NCBI GenBank assembly: GCA_035221665.1
Contig: CM069164.1
Location: 27,590,001-27,654,000, forward strand
From: Okamejei kenojei
Taxonomy: Eukaryota
Length of the DNA stretch: 64,000 nucleotides
Direction: 5' to 3'
Positions 1 to 12,031 of this stretch are shown here, piece after piece. The notes beneath the pieces were generated by a model. It had not been told where the DNA came from, made no database searches, and was given only the letters and a program-made list of their open reading frames with translations. Each line of letters begins with the position of its first letter. Within the stretch, counting starts at the first letter, position 1. The position numbers were made by a program, and so were the translations under genes.

Positions 1-410
1 CTCAGTAAGACAGCTGGTGTCTTCAAAGACCCACACCACCCTGGCCATACTCTCTTCTCGCTGTTACCATTGGGAAGAAGGTGCTGGAGCCAGAGAACCG
101 TTACCTCCAGTTCAAGAACTGCTTCTTCCCAACAACCATCAAGTTGTCGAGTGCACGGGTACTATGTACAACTCTGACCACAACCCAACCTCAGCTCTGA
201 ACCGCTGACTTTGCACTACGATGGTTACTCTATGTTCAGTACTTTTGTTTTTTTATAACAATGGTCTAGTTAACTTTATTCCAGTTTACTCTTGAATAAC
301 TGACAATACATTGTACATTTATTGCGGTCATTGTTGCATCTAATGTGGCCACAAAGCTGCAGGGACAAGAATTCCATTCACACAACAAATAAACACTATT
401 GACTCTTGAG
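1..410 (+). mobile_element. Rex1/Babar-type LINE 3' fragment
   Basis: Encodes DPHHPGHTLFSLLPLGRRC..TSSSRTASS-like C-terminal motif (HP.H.LF.LLPSG+R.R family), followed by a 3' UTR ending ...aataaacactattgactcttga. Confidence 0.75.
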
Positions 411-558
411 GTCAATGCACACATTTGGAGATTCAGTCTTCAGAAACTCGCTGTTACATAGGCCAATAGAGGGCGCCCCCAACAGTAACTCAGCAAGTCT
501 GATGAGTGACGATATTAAATCAAAAGCATCTTCAGTTCAGACAGAAAATTGTAGCAGA

Positions 559-870
559 TTTGGTTTAGTTTAGTTTCGCGTAGAGATACAGCGCAAGGGA
601 ACAGGCCCTTTGGCCCTCCGAGTCCACACCGACCAGCGATCCCCGCACACTAACACTATCCTACACACCTAGGGACAATTAACCTACAAACCTGTACGTC
701 TTTGGAGTGCGGGAGGACACTGATGAAAATCTCGGAGAAAACCCACGCAGGTCACGCGGAGAACGTGCAAACACTGTACAGACGGCACCTGTCGTCGGGA
801 TCGAACCCAGGTCTCTGGCGCCGTAAGCGCTATAAGGCAGTTATTCTACGGCTGCGCCACCGTGCCGCCC
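559..870 (-). mobile_element. V-SINE (HE1-like, tRNA-derived)
   Basis: Minus strand: ggcggcacggtggcgcagc head (box A), gggttcgatcc box B, V-domain ctcccgcactccaaagacgtacaggtttgtagg, CR1-like tail ending (ctaaa)n. Confidence 0.9.
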
Positions 871-1164
871 TGAGGTATTTAGGAGGGAATTAAGCAATAT
901 GAAGCAATAATTGCATCAAGTATTATCACCAAACTAGTGTAACCAGAAAGGACTTTTTTTTTTCCTTACGTTCACCTGCTTAAGTTAAAACAGTGCGAAA
1001 TGAAACTAGACGCAAAATGAAGACACTCAAGAGTGTTTTATTGTCAAATGTCCCAGATAGAGCAATGACATTCTTACTTGCTGCAGCACAACAGAATATG
1101 TAAACATAGTACACTGTAAACAATATAATAAACAAGAGAGAAAACAAAGTTCAGTGTGTTTATA

Positions 1165-1252
1165 TATGCACATGCTCACAACTACACATATATGTATATC
1201 ATGTATATATATATATATATACATATATGTCGATCATAGATATATATACACA
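1165..1252. repeat. (TA)n/(CA)n low-complexity tract
   Basis: Direct reading. Confidence 0.85.
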
Positions 1253-1435
1253 CAAAAATAATCAATGTTGGAATACCTCAGCGGGTCAGGCAGCTTCTCT
1301 GGAGAAAAGGAAATGGGGATGTTTCGGGCCGAGACCCTTCTTCAGACTGAGAGTCAGGGGAAAGGGAAAGAAGAGAAATGAAAAAGTACAGAGAACAAAT
1401 GAAGGAAAGATATGCAAAGATCTAATCACAAAATG
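1253..1435 (-). mobile_element. Penelope-like element (PLE) 3' end
   Basis: Reverse complement of agtctgaagaagggtctcggcccgaaac...ctccagagaagctgcc, same as the 3' UTR downstream of GIY-YIG remnants at 44690 and 60746. Confidence 0.8.
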
Positions 1436-2469
1436 AAGCTTGCCCAGTGCTGAAAAGTGCTTTCCAGTTTGAAGAGTAAAACGGTAAAGAGTGTTTCATT
1501 CTCATATGTACCGACAACGGAGCAATGAAATAGCAACAGCATAACAGGCCTGTAAACACAATACATACAGTTAATATATAACAAGCAAAAAAAAAAATCA
1601 ATAAACCAGTAACCGCAATACTGGTGGAACATACCCAGAAGTCTTTAATACAATTGAAGACAGTCCATAGAAACTCATAGTGAGGTCAGTGTTGTGTAGT
1701 GTTCAAGAGCTTGTTGAAGAAGCGGTTCCTGGACCTGGTGTCAGGGCTTTTACGCTCCCATTCCTTCTTCACGATGGTAAGAGTGAGATGAGTTTGGCCA
1801 GGGTGATGTGGGTTTTTGATGATACTGGCTGCCTTTTTGATGCAGTGTTTCCTATTGATCTCTTCGATGGTGGAGAGATCCAACCTGTGATGGACTGGGC
1901 AATGTTTACCGTCTCAGTAATTTCCTTTGTGCCTGGGGTTCAGATTGCCAAGCCAGGCCTTGGCCCAAGCTATCAAATCATTATCTGTTTAAATTAGTTG
2001 TTTATAATTTGTCTGAAGATGGATCCTAACCCGAAACGTCACCTATGTATTTTCACCAGAGATGCTACTTAACCCACTGAGTTGCCCCAGACAGTCAGCA
2101 TGAGACAAATGGCCACTCTATATACATAATTCTTGTTGAAAAGAAACTTAACTAACACTTGAAAAGTGGTCACCAGATTGATGATCTCAACAGGCCAAGG
2201 TGAAAGTTGGAGAAGTAGTCTGTCAAACCCAAACTATTAGAGTGCACTGCAAACCTTTGAGACTGAATCAATAGCAATTCAATTTAGAAATTGATCCTCA
2301 TTTTTATTTGAAATATGTTTTTGAATTTGTGATTGACCCCATGTTCCACTTAATGCTGCAAAGATCTTTCCATCAAACAAAGGCCTCTCTGAGAAGAACA
2401 TATTTAATCAGTCTGTAACAGTACTGAAACATGACTCGTTGGGTAATTTGAACTTTTTAAAAGTGGAGG

Positions 2470-2627
2470 AAGGAAATAGGTGACGTTTCAGGTTGAGATT
2501 CTCCTCCAGACCGTCTCAACCCAACACATCACCCATTCCTTCTCTCCAGAGATGCTGCCTGTCCCACTGAGTTACTCCAGCTTCATGTGTCTATCTTCAA
2601 TTTAGAAATCTACAGTTCCTTCCTTCA
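2470..2627. mobile_element. Degenerate PLE 3'-end foldback
   Basis: Inverted aggtgacgtttcagg.. arm followed by sense cccattccttctctccagagatgctgcc..cagttccttc arm. Confidence 0.7.
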
Positions 2628-2636
2628 CTGACATTT

Positions 2637-2940
2637 TTTAGTTTAGTTTGGTCTAGTTTAGAGATACTGCGTGGAAACAGACCTTTCCGCCAACCGAGTC
2701 CGCGCTGACGAGCGATTCCCATACACTAGTTCTATCCTACAGAACAGGGACCACAATCTGCAGAAGCCAATTTACCTCCAAACCTGCACGTTTTGGAAAG
2801 TGCAAGGAAACTGGAGCATCCGGAAAAAACATACGCAGGTCACGGGGAGAAAGTACAAACTGTGTATTTACAAGCACTGTAATCAGGGTCGAACCTGGGT
2901 CTCTGGTGATACAAGGCAGCAACACTACTGCTGCACCACC
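2637..2940 (-). mobile_element. V-SINE
   Basis: Diverged copy with (tttag)n tail on + strand, V-domain and head. Confidence 0.85.
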
Positions 2941-3035
2941 AAATTAACTTACTAAATTGATTTTGAATTTCCAAATGATTTCTCCTGTATCCACAATATT
3001 AAATTGTCCGACGTACCCTCCAAAGAGGCAGGCAG

Positions 3036-3130
3036 TATCTGAAGAAGGGTCTCGACCCGAAACATCACCTATTCTTCTCTCCATACATGCTGTCTCACCC
3101 GCTGAGTTTCTCCAGCATTTTTGTCCACCT
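3036..3130 (+). mobile_element. PLE 3' end with hammerhead-like core
   Basis: ctgaagaagggtctcgacccgaaacatc followed by PLE terminal sequence. Confidence 0.8.
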
Positions 3131-3570
3131 TTTATGTTACATGAAGCCGTCTTTTTTATTTTTCCCTAGCTTGGCAGAAACAGCTAAAAAGGAGCTGTTA
3201 AATTCATCCAGAGTACTTACAGAAAATCTCAAATCACGAGTGGTCAGGCTTCCCCTGAACCTCTCGTCTGATCAACTTATCTCTTTCCATCGTCAGTTTC
3301 CTTGCATTCCCATGGTGAAGCACTTTCAATATTGGTTTCTTGTTTGGGAAATTAAATTCAGACCAATGATACAGATTAAAAGAATATGTAATTGAAATTA
3401 CAGTCAAGATGCAATTCCCAGTAATGTGTTTATTGTCCTTTAGAGAACTTTATATGCAAGGTTGAAAAGGAGTATAATAAAGATACAAGCTGGTGAGTGA
3501 GGCAGTGGGTGGAACTCGACGACACCTTCAAAGAACCAGCATGAACAAAATGAGCCCAGTGGTGTTCTAC

Positions 3571-4192
3571 TTAGTTTCAGTTTAGTTTAAAGATACAGCG
3601 CGGAAACAGGCGCTTTGCCCCACCGACCAGCGATCCCTGCACACTAACACTATCCACACACACTAGAGTCATAGAATGATACAGTGTGGAAACAGGCCCT
3701 TGCCCACACCGACCAACATGTCCCAGCTACACTAGTCCCACCTGCCTGCGTTTGGTCCATATCTCTCCAACCCTGTCCTATCCAATGTACCTGTCTAACT
3801 GTTTCTTAAACATTGGGATAGTCTCTGCCTCAACTACCTCCTCTGGCAGCTTGTTCCATACACCCACCACCCTTCATGTGAAAAAGTTACCCGTCAGATT
3901 CCTCTTAAATCTTTTCCCTTCACCTTAAACCTATGTCCTCTGCTCGTGGGCAAGAGAATCTGTCTACCAGATCTAGTCCTCTCACTAGGGACAATTTATA
4001 TTTATACCTAGCCAATTAACCTACTAACCTGTATGTCTTTGGAGTGTGGGAGGAAACCAGAGATCCCAGAGATAACCCACGCAGGTCACGGGGAGAATGT
4101 ACAAACTCGGTACAGACAGCACCCATGGTCAGGATCGAACCTGTGCCTCTGGCGATGTCAGGCAGTAGCTCTACTGCTGCGCCACCGTGCCC
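3571..4192 (-). mobile_element. V-SINE split by a CR1 insertion
   Basis: SINE tail 3571-3666, resumes at 3983; cactag duplicated at both junctions. Confidence 0.85.
3667..3982 (-). mobile_element. CR1 (HER1-like) LINE 3' fragment
   Basis: Minus strand encodes RGHRFKVKGKRFKRNLTGNFFT..VVGVWNKLPEEVVEA, the CR1 ORF2 C-terminus. Confidence 0.85.
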
Positions 4193-4894
4193 CCACTACT
4201 GTGATTTATGATTCTGTAATTTTGCTTCTGAAACAAGTTTGGCAGCAAAAATCTTCTTTTGAAGATCAAAATGTCAGCTACTAGTTCAACAACAAAAGGG
4301 AAAATAGTTGAAGGCTTAAAATCTTGCACTCATTTAAAAAGATCTCTCAGAGTTGAACTATTCTAAAAAAAAATGTCAACTGCTGCCGCAGTCATCTACT
4401 GCATGTTCTAATGATGAGAGAAATGTTCTTGGTGGAAAATCTCTCAATTCAAAACAAATGTTGCTGATGTGAAGCTTGTGGACACACTTATCTCCCATAC
4501 CTCCTAATGATCCCATACTTCACTAGTATCCTCGTAAGCAAACCTTCCCTTGCAATCTTTCCAACCTCTTTGCCGTTCACCTGCCAAAGTGTCAAAGCTA
4601 AATTGACAGGAAGAAATTCGTCATACAATTTGAACTAGGGTTGCAATGCTGTCATCTTTCTATCAAAATGACTTTTACAAATTATATTTAGATGGAGCTC
4701 TTGGTTGTTATTAATTTTGCATAATCCACAAAAAAAATCTAAGTATCCACTTTTTCCTATCACTTTTTGTTGCCAATTACACCCTCGCGTCAATATGTGC
4801 AAGTTTTAAGGCACATAGAATACAAAGCATTGACGTAAGCCATTCAGCCCATCTGGTGTACCTCCCCTTTGACCCTGTCTATCAGTAGATTAAA

Positions 4895-5110
4895 ACTCAA
4901 AATACTGGAGTAACTCGGCAGATCAGGATGCAATTCTGAAGAAAAGGAATAGGTGACGTTTCGAGTCGAGGCCCTTCTTCAGGTCTGAAGGGTCTCGACT
5001 CAAAACAACACCTATTCCTTTTCACCAGAGATGCTACGTGACCCGTTGAGTTACTCCAGCATTTTGTGTCTATCTTCGATGTAAACCAGCATTTGCAGTT
5101 CTTTCCTACA
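4895..5110. mobile_element. PLE 3'-end foldback
   Basis: Inverted short arm plus sense long arm ending gcagttctttcctaca. Confidence 0.8.
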
Positions 5111-5970
5111 TATCATCCCTATCAATACATTCTTCAATTGATTTCCTCAGTATTTGTTGATTGAGTTCATCTGAAGTATGTCTGGACTATTCAGCTCAGA
5201 AGACATCTTCAGCAACATGTGCCAAAATTGAACCATTCTTCAGGTAAAGGAGTTTTGACCAATTTCCCTGTTAGATTTATTAATGGCTACCTTATTAATT
5301 TTTGGGTTTCCCTCACAATGCCATGATGAAAAGAATGAACCTTTAACTTAATGATAACTTTGTACATGTTCACCTACTCCACCCATCTGTCCACCCAACT
5401 TACTCTACCCATCTGCTAATCCACCACCTTTCCCTTCACCTCTGCCAACCTATCTCTTGCCCAGTTTTGAACCACCCAATCTCTCTTTTCCAGCTTTCTC
5501 CCACTTGCTACAATCAGTCTGAAGATGAATCCTGACCCGAAATGTTGCTTATCCGTTCCCTCGACAGATGCTGCCTAACCCACTGAGATCCTTCAACATT
5601 TAGTGTGTTAGTTGATAAAATCAGAAGACAATGGTTTGTGCCTGACTTGAAGCATTTCCATCAAGCTGTTGGAAGTCAGTTGCATCCTATGTGGAAAGTG
5701 GTGCTGAGCTAAAAATGGAAAAGCGGGCAATCAAACGCCACTGGTATTCAGCAGTTTTACAATCTCATCTCATGTTTTGACCTTCCTGAGAATAAAACAC
5801 AATAAAATGTATTGCACAAGTTGATAGATATTTTGAATCTCGCCCAAAACGTTATTCCCTTTATCAATGTATCAGTACACTGTGGACAGCTCGATTGTGA
5901 TCATGTATAGTCTTTCCACTGACTGGTTAGCACGCAACAAAAGGTTTTTTCACTGCACCTCAGTACACAT

Positions 5971-6236
5971 CAAGTCAAGTCAAGTCACTTTTATTTATAT
6001 AGCACATTTAAAAAACAACTCTCGTTGGCCAAAGTGCTTTACATTGGCGTAAGAATAGTATGACAAACAACAGTGGTTCATAGATTAAATACAAACATCA
6101 CTACATACATATAGCCCTCGCTCAAAGGATGTCAAGAAAGGCTTGGGAGTGGAGATGAGTTTTTAGTCTCGACAAAGTCGATGGAGGGGGCAGTTCTGAT
6201 GGGAAGAGGGATGCTATCCCACAGTCTAGGAGCAAC
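5971..6236 (-). mobile_element. L2 LINE 3' end
   Basis: Minus strand VAPRLWDSIPLPIRTAPSID.. then tgtaaagcactttgg..tgtgctatataaataaaagt(gactt)n, a typical L2 terminus. Confidence 0.85.
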
Positions 6237-6519
6237 CCCAAGTTGCTGAACATCCCAACACATGAAAATAAACTGCTCAACCAGGAAACAGTTAACTCAT
6301 TGCTTTTACGAGTGTTGCTATTGTGTTAATGCCACAAGTGCCCGTTCGATCTATTTTTTATTCTAAAAACAAACATGGGGATCTATGTGGCAGGAAGTGA
6401 TGTAGTTCTTGCCCGCCACAGAATCGACCTTTACAGTATCCACATTAACTTGTGAACTCCTATGAAGTGTCGCTGCACTAATTTGAACGTGGAATGAAAG
6501 ACGCAAACAGAATCCTTTG

Positions 6520-6733
6520 TAGACAAAAATGCTGGAGAAACTCAGCGGGTGAGGCAGCATCTATGGAGCGAAGGGATAGGTGACGTTTCGGTCAAGACCT
6601 TTCTTCAAACTGATCTCGAAGCCCTCTACCCGATACGTCGCCCATTCCTTCGCTCCATAGATGCTGCCTCACCCTCTGAGTTTCTACAGCATTTTTGTCT
6701 ACCTTCGATATTTCCAGAAACTGCAGTTCTTTC
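6520..6733. mobile_element. PLE 3'-end foldback (subfamily B)
   Basis: Inverted arms; flanked by caaacaga(a/t)tcctttg duplication. Confidence 0.85.
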
Positions 6734-7288
6734 ACAAACAGATTCCTTTGGACTGTGCCGTTGATTAGATTTTAATGGGAAAGTGTGAAGGCACAAAACA
6801 ATATAGAAGAACTTTTTAACCTTTCGGAAAATAATCACTCTTTCTCAAATAGCCGATTGCTAAGACACCAAAGGACTATTTAGTGCTTTAACCTCCAGCA
6901 GTATCTACATGCACAACTTTCGCTGAGATGTTTAAGTCACGGAATGAGGTCAAAATGAGGAGATAGTTTCATGAATTGTGAGAATTATTGCTCCATGTGG
7001 CTAATGCAGCCAGAAATCCAACATGCCAGGTTTTAATTATGATTCGTTTATCATATACAAAAGGCTAAAAGTTAGCCTTGCATTCTTTTGAAATCACAAT
7101 ATTCTTTGCTTACTGTCACCCTCTGAGCCCAGATACATTGTTCCTTTCAAATGCACATTAGCCGATGGACAATCACATTTTCTCATCCAGACTGTGAATG
7201 GAGCTCCATCAATTATATATTTCCTTCTAACAACTTTCAATTTAGAAATAGTTTATTGCATTTCACCCAACAGTACTTTATTTCTCCG

Positions 7289-7805
7289 GTTTAGTTTAGT
7301 GTAGAGTAACGGTGCGAACAAAGGCCCTTCGGCCCACCGGGTCCGTGCCGACCAGCGATCCCCGCACATTAACACTATCCTACACACACTAGAGACAATT
7401 TACAATTATACCATGCCAATTAACCTACAAGCCTGTACGGGTTTGGAGTGTGGGAGGAAATGGGAGGATTCCGAGTAGACCCACGTGGTCATGGGGAGAA
7501 CGTACAGACAAGCATCTGTAGTCGGGATCGAACCCAGATCACTGGCATTGGGAGGTAGCAACTCTACCGCTGCACCTCTGCACCACCGTGCCGCCCCTTT
7601 CTTTGATCGATTGAAAGATACAGCGTGGCAATAGGTCCTTCGGACCACCGAGTCCGCGCCGACCAGCGATCGCAGGTTCACACGCGTTCTATTGTCCAAC
7701 CAGTTGCATCCACTCCCTGCACACTGCGGGCAGTTTACAGAGGCCAATTATTTCCATGTCTTTGGGATTTGGGAGGAAACTGGAGCACCCGGAGGAAACC
7801 ACCCA
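7289..7805 (-). mobile_element. Two adjacent V-SINE copies (7289-7597 full, 7606-7805 partial)
   Basis: Head, V-domain and tail motifs. Confidence 0.85.
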
Positions 7806-8786
7806 CCTCCCCCCTGAAGTTCGGTCTGAAAAAGGGTCTCAACTCGAATTGTCACCTATTCCTTTTCTCCAGAGATGCTGCCTGACCCGCTGCGGCACTC
7901 CAGCATTTTGTGTCTATCTTTGCTTGTGTTCATGTTCTGCCTCTCACAGCCTCCGGGTGTCGTAAGGTTGTTTTCACAGTGTGGGTCTGGTCAATGGATA
8001 GGTTTTCCATTGATGGAGAACGGCAGCTTCAGGTCTCACCACAACAGCTGGGGAATTGAACCATTCAAGCAGTCAACTAAATGTGGAATGTCAAGCCAGC
8101 ATCTGGAGCACTACCAGGGAACTACTGAATTACTGTAAAATCCCATCTGGCTAACAAATGTCTTCTGAGAAAGGAAATCCCTTCCTGCCCGACCCACCAC
8201 GTACGTCTTGGTTCACCAAAGTGGTTGCTCCAAAGTGATGAAGGATGTGCAACGCGCGTGACAAGAATGGTGAACAAATGCTGGTGACATCTACATCCTG
8301 TGTAAGATAAAGGAACAAGTACTTCTGGCATGTTATCATTATGGGGAATAACAACAAACGCAATTTATAATTGGCAAAGTCCCACAAAAAGAAACACAAT
8401 GTGGCAATGATCAGAATGTTTTTATTACAGAGAGTAAAGCCAATGCAGAAAGATTTGCCAGGACACCGCAGCTCTTTGATATTAGGATCAGGACCAGCTG
8501 AATTTGGTCACGATTACTGTATCACTCAGGTCCCCTGGTACATCCTCCCCTTCCCATATTTAGCCAAGTTTCCTCTGACAGAAGACTCTCAATGCCACGT
8601 TGTTGGTCCTCACCAGGGTGACCATCTCCTCCTTAAGCCCTGGTGGCCTTGTACATGTCAAAGACGTCCTGCTGCACAGCTGTGGTGGCAAAGCTGGAGA
8701 AATGCTATCAGCATTCAAAATATCCAATGACCTGGCCTCCACCGCCGTCTGTGGCAAGTAATTCTATAGTTCCACCACCCCTGACT

Positions 8787-8840
8787 GGGGTGGGAGATTG
8801 CAACCTTCACGTGGCCCACCCTGTTTCGACTAATGCACGC
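8787..8840 (+). ncRNA. HDV-like ribozyme motif, decayed
   Basis: P1 GGGGUGG/CCACCCU, L3 UUCACGU and J4/2 CUAA intact; P3 has an A-C mismatch and the P2 3' strand is damaged (UGCACGC). Confidence 0.6.
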
Positions 8841-8928
8841 AGCCGACATGCACAAACAAATAAGATCAAATAGAACAAGTCGTCCGACAACTTTAGGTTG
8901 TGCACGCTATACGCAAGAAGTAGAAGAA
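8787..8928 (+). mobile_element. Ribozyme-headed short retroelement, copy 1
   Basis: Same ~140-nt sequence as 12032-12171 and 52319-52455; starts GGGGTGG, ends aagaagtagaagaa; degenerate 11-bp TSD cacccctgact/catttctgact; inserted in a CR1 3' fragment. Confidence 0.9.
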
Positions 8929-9127
8929 CATTTCTGACTAAAGATATTCCTCATTACTTCTATTCTAAAAGTATATCCATTTATTTTGAGGCTGTTCCCT
9001 CCTGTATTAGACTCTCCTATTCCTGGAAAAATTATTTCCACTTCCACTCCATGTACAAGATCTTTCATGATGCAACCATTGCCATCCCATCAAACTATGG
9101 ACCACATATCAACATTCTGCCTGCTAT

Positions 9128-9265
9128 ATGCACACACAGACAGACACATGCACACACACACACACACACAAACTCACACACACGCATGCACAAACTCACA
9201 TACGCACACACACACAAAGACGCACACACACACACACACACACAGATATCTACAAACACAGACAC
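9128..9265. repeat. Imperfect (CA)n microsatellite
   Basis: Direct reading. Confidence 0.95.
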
Positions 9266-9494
9266 ATTGCACTCTCTGTTAAGGTTTTAGAATTGCTAAC
9301 CAATATTAAAATGAATTTGTAATTACATCTTAGCTATACAAAATACAATTTGCAACTGATTTTATGAAGATGCAAATGAAATCAATCAAAGGAAGATCGT
9401 GCAAACTCCACGCAGACAGCGCCTGAGGTCAGGATCAAACCACATCTCTGGCATTGTGAGGCAGCAGCTCCACCAGCTACGCCACCGTGTTCAC

Positions 9495-9990
9495 AAGTTA
9501 TAGGAGTAGAATTAGGCCATTCGGCCAATTAAGTCTACTCCGCCATTCAATCTTGGCTGATCTCTGCCTCCTAATCCCGTAACCCATGACACCCGTTCTA
9601 ATCAAGAATTTATCTATCTCTGTCTTAAAAATATCCACTGGCAGCCTCCACGGCCCTCTGTGGCTATGAGTTCCACAGATTAACTACCCTCTGACTGAAG
9701 AAGTTCCTCCTCACCTCCTTTCTAAAAGAGCGCGCTTTAATTCTGAGGCTGTGGCCCCTGGTCCTAGACTCTCCCACCATCCACTCTCTCCACATCCACT
9801 CTCTCTAAGCCTTTCATTATTCTGTAAGTTTTAATGTCCCCTCTCAATCTTCTAAACTCCAGCGAGTAGAGGCCCAGTGCAGTCAAGTGCTCATCATATG
9901 CTAACCCACTCATTCCTGGAACTCTTCTTGTAAACCTCGCCTGGACCCTCTCCAGAGCCAACAAGTCCTTCCTCAGATATGGGCCTATAC
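9495..9990 (-). mobile_element. CR1 LINE 3' fragment
   Basis: ORF 9764-9997(-) PYLRKDLLALERVQARFTRRVPGMSGL..LGLYSLEFRRLRGD. Confidence 0.9.
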
Positions 9991-10056
9991 TGTCCATGAT
10001 TATGATCTACTGATTTTCATTCCATTTAGTCTCCATTTTTAGAAACACCATTGAAT

Positions 10057-10335
10057 CAGGCCCTTCGGCCCATTGAGTGCGCAACGACCAGCGATCCCCA
10101 CACACTAGCACTATCCTACGCACGATAGGAACAATTTACAATTATAGCAAGCCAATTAACCTACAAACCTGTACGTCTTTGGAGTGTGGGAGAAAACCGG
10201 AGATCATGGAGAAAACCCACGCAGGTCACGGGGAGAACGTACAAACTCCGTACAGACAGCACCCATAGTCGGGCTCGAACCCGGGTCTCTGGCGCTGTGA
10301 GGCAGCAACTCTACCTCTGCGCCACCGTGCCACCT
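10057..10335 (-). mobile_element. V-SINE
   Basis: Head, box B, V-domain. Confidence 0.9.
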
Positions 10336-10956
10336 TCTTCTAGGAGCTGAAGGTTGTTAGGAGGGTTCAGAAAGCATTCTTGTCCCCCTCATAAGAGTCT
10401 GACTCCGGCAATTTGAGATTTGTAAGAAGCTGTTGGGTCGCCCAGCTGTGTTTGTGCCCAAAATACACTTTTGTTAACATCACTTCAAAGGGCTGCGTGA
10501 CACCTCTGCTTGCTGCGCGCTATCTAACAAGTTTTAGTTACCAAGTGCACAATCATGACAGAATCACTTAATATTAATGAGCTGGCTGTCAGGAGACCAA
10601 GTTAACCGTATGGGACCGCCATCCGCATATGAAGGGAAGTCTACCGCCGTTTTACAACGAGAGTTGCAGTGTCTCACAGATGGAAGTGTCGCACCTGGAC
10701 ATCCTGTCAAGTTGACTGCTTTTGACAGGTTTCTCTATTGGGAAGTAATACTTTTTGATCTACTCTTGCTCCAACTTGGCTTTTTAAGCAATTGGATTGG
10801 AAACCGGGACCTTATCTCACAAGGTGTTTTTTTTTTTTTCGCTTAGTCGATACCTAATTGTCAGGCAGCTAATGTGCTGTGGTGCATGAAGCCACTTCAT
10901 GAATAATCTGATTTTACACTCTCTGGTCTGTCTTTGAAACTACAGCATTTTCAAGA

Positions 10957-11177
10957 TGTGTCGGAAGGAACTGCAGATGCTGGTTTAAGATAGACACAAA
11001 AAGCTGGAGTCACTCAGCGGGTCAAGCAGCATCTCTGGAGGAAAAGAATCGATAACGTTTCGGTATCAAGACCCTTCATCAGGATCTGAAGAAGGGTCTC
11101 GACCTGAAACGTCACCTATTCCTATTCGCCAGAGATGCTGCTTGACCCGCTGAGTGACTCCAGCTTTTTGTGTCTAT
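10957..11177. mobile_element. PLE 3'-end foldback with 14-bp TSD
   Basis: TSD cagcattttcaaga (10943-10956) / cagctttttcaaga (11178-11191); long inverted arm, short sense arm. Confidence 0.9.
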
Positions 11178-11464
11178 CAGCTTTTTCAAGAGTTCATTTT
11201 AGTCCAGAAACAGGTTTTGTACATAATCCACTGTAATTAACCTTTTCTATCATTTGCCTTAAACCTTTGTTGATTTTGCTATTGCAAGTTAATTTAATTC
11301 ATCACGTATAGCAGAGACATGTGATGCCTGAATGTGTTACTTTCCCTCAAAGAATAGGAAAATAAGTAGAAATCACGACATCTGTTATTGTTTAGAAGCC
11401 AGAACTATAAAGTTATTATTCAACTCTGGCAGCACTAAACTAAGTTTGGTTGAATCATTGAGTA

Positions 11465-11870
11465 ACAGAGTCATACATCATGGAAACAAGCCCTTCGATC
11501 AACTTTCCCATGACAACCAAGATGTCCCATCTACATCAGTTACGCCTGCCTGTTTGGCCCATATTCCTTCAACCTTTCCTATCCATGTAACTTCCCAAAT
11601 ATCTTTTAAATGTAGATATAGTACCTGCCTCAGCTACCTCTTCTGGCAGCCCATGCATCGACAGCATCTATTGCCCTTGTGATCTTATACACTGCTCTAA
11701 GTTCCATCCTCACCCTCCTGCATCCCAAGGAATAAAGCCCAGGCCTGCCCAACCTGTCCCGCTAGCCCAGGTCCTCAAGTCCTGGCCACATCTTCATAAA
11801 TCTTCTCTGCACTCTCACCAGCTTAACTACATCGTCCCTCTAGCTGGGTGACCAAAACTGAACACGACAC
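11465..11870 (-). mobile_element. Old CR1 3' fragment
   Basis: ggaaacaagcccttc tail; gggtgaccaaaactgaac (VQFWSP) motif on the minus strand. Confidence 0.75.
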
Positions 11871-12031
11871 TGTAAACAATTGGGAATAAAATGGTGATAT
11901 CTTCCAGGGTACTGACCCGCTGAGTTACTCCAGCACTTTGTGTCTATCTCCTTTCATGTTGAGTTCATCTAGTAATGTTGTAAAACAATGTAATACTGAT
12001 TTATAGGCATATTTCTTTAAATTATTCCAAT

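Larger units (their letters stand above)
1027..1975 (-). mobile_element. Rex1/Babar LINE 3' fragment(s), interrupted by a microsatellite and a PLE piece
   Basis: ORF 1686-1883(-) KKAASIIKNPHHPGQTHLTL..RNRFF; tail tcaagagtgttttattgtc at 1027. Confidence 0.7.

Noticed and set aside
3170-3313. Exon candidate after a strong acceptor (LAETAKKELLNSSRV...)
   Set aside because: No convincing donor and no recognisable protein; not supportable without RNA data.
8371-8730. SLILGSGPAEFGHDYC resembling a carbamoyl-phosphate synthetase motif
   Set aside because: Short match with wrong spacing; the ORF runs straight into CR1 3' sequence.
8898-9322. His/Thr-rich ORFs
   Set aside because: Translation of a (CA)n microsatellite.
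10957-11177. Classifying the short palindromic repeats as DNA-transposon MITEs
   Set aside because: The same sequence follows GIY-YIG ORF stops, TSDs are long and variable, and inner junctions differ between copies.
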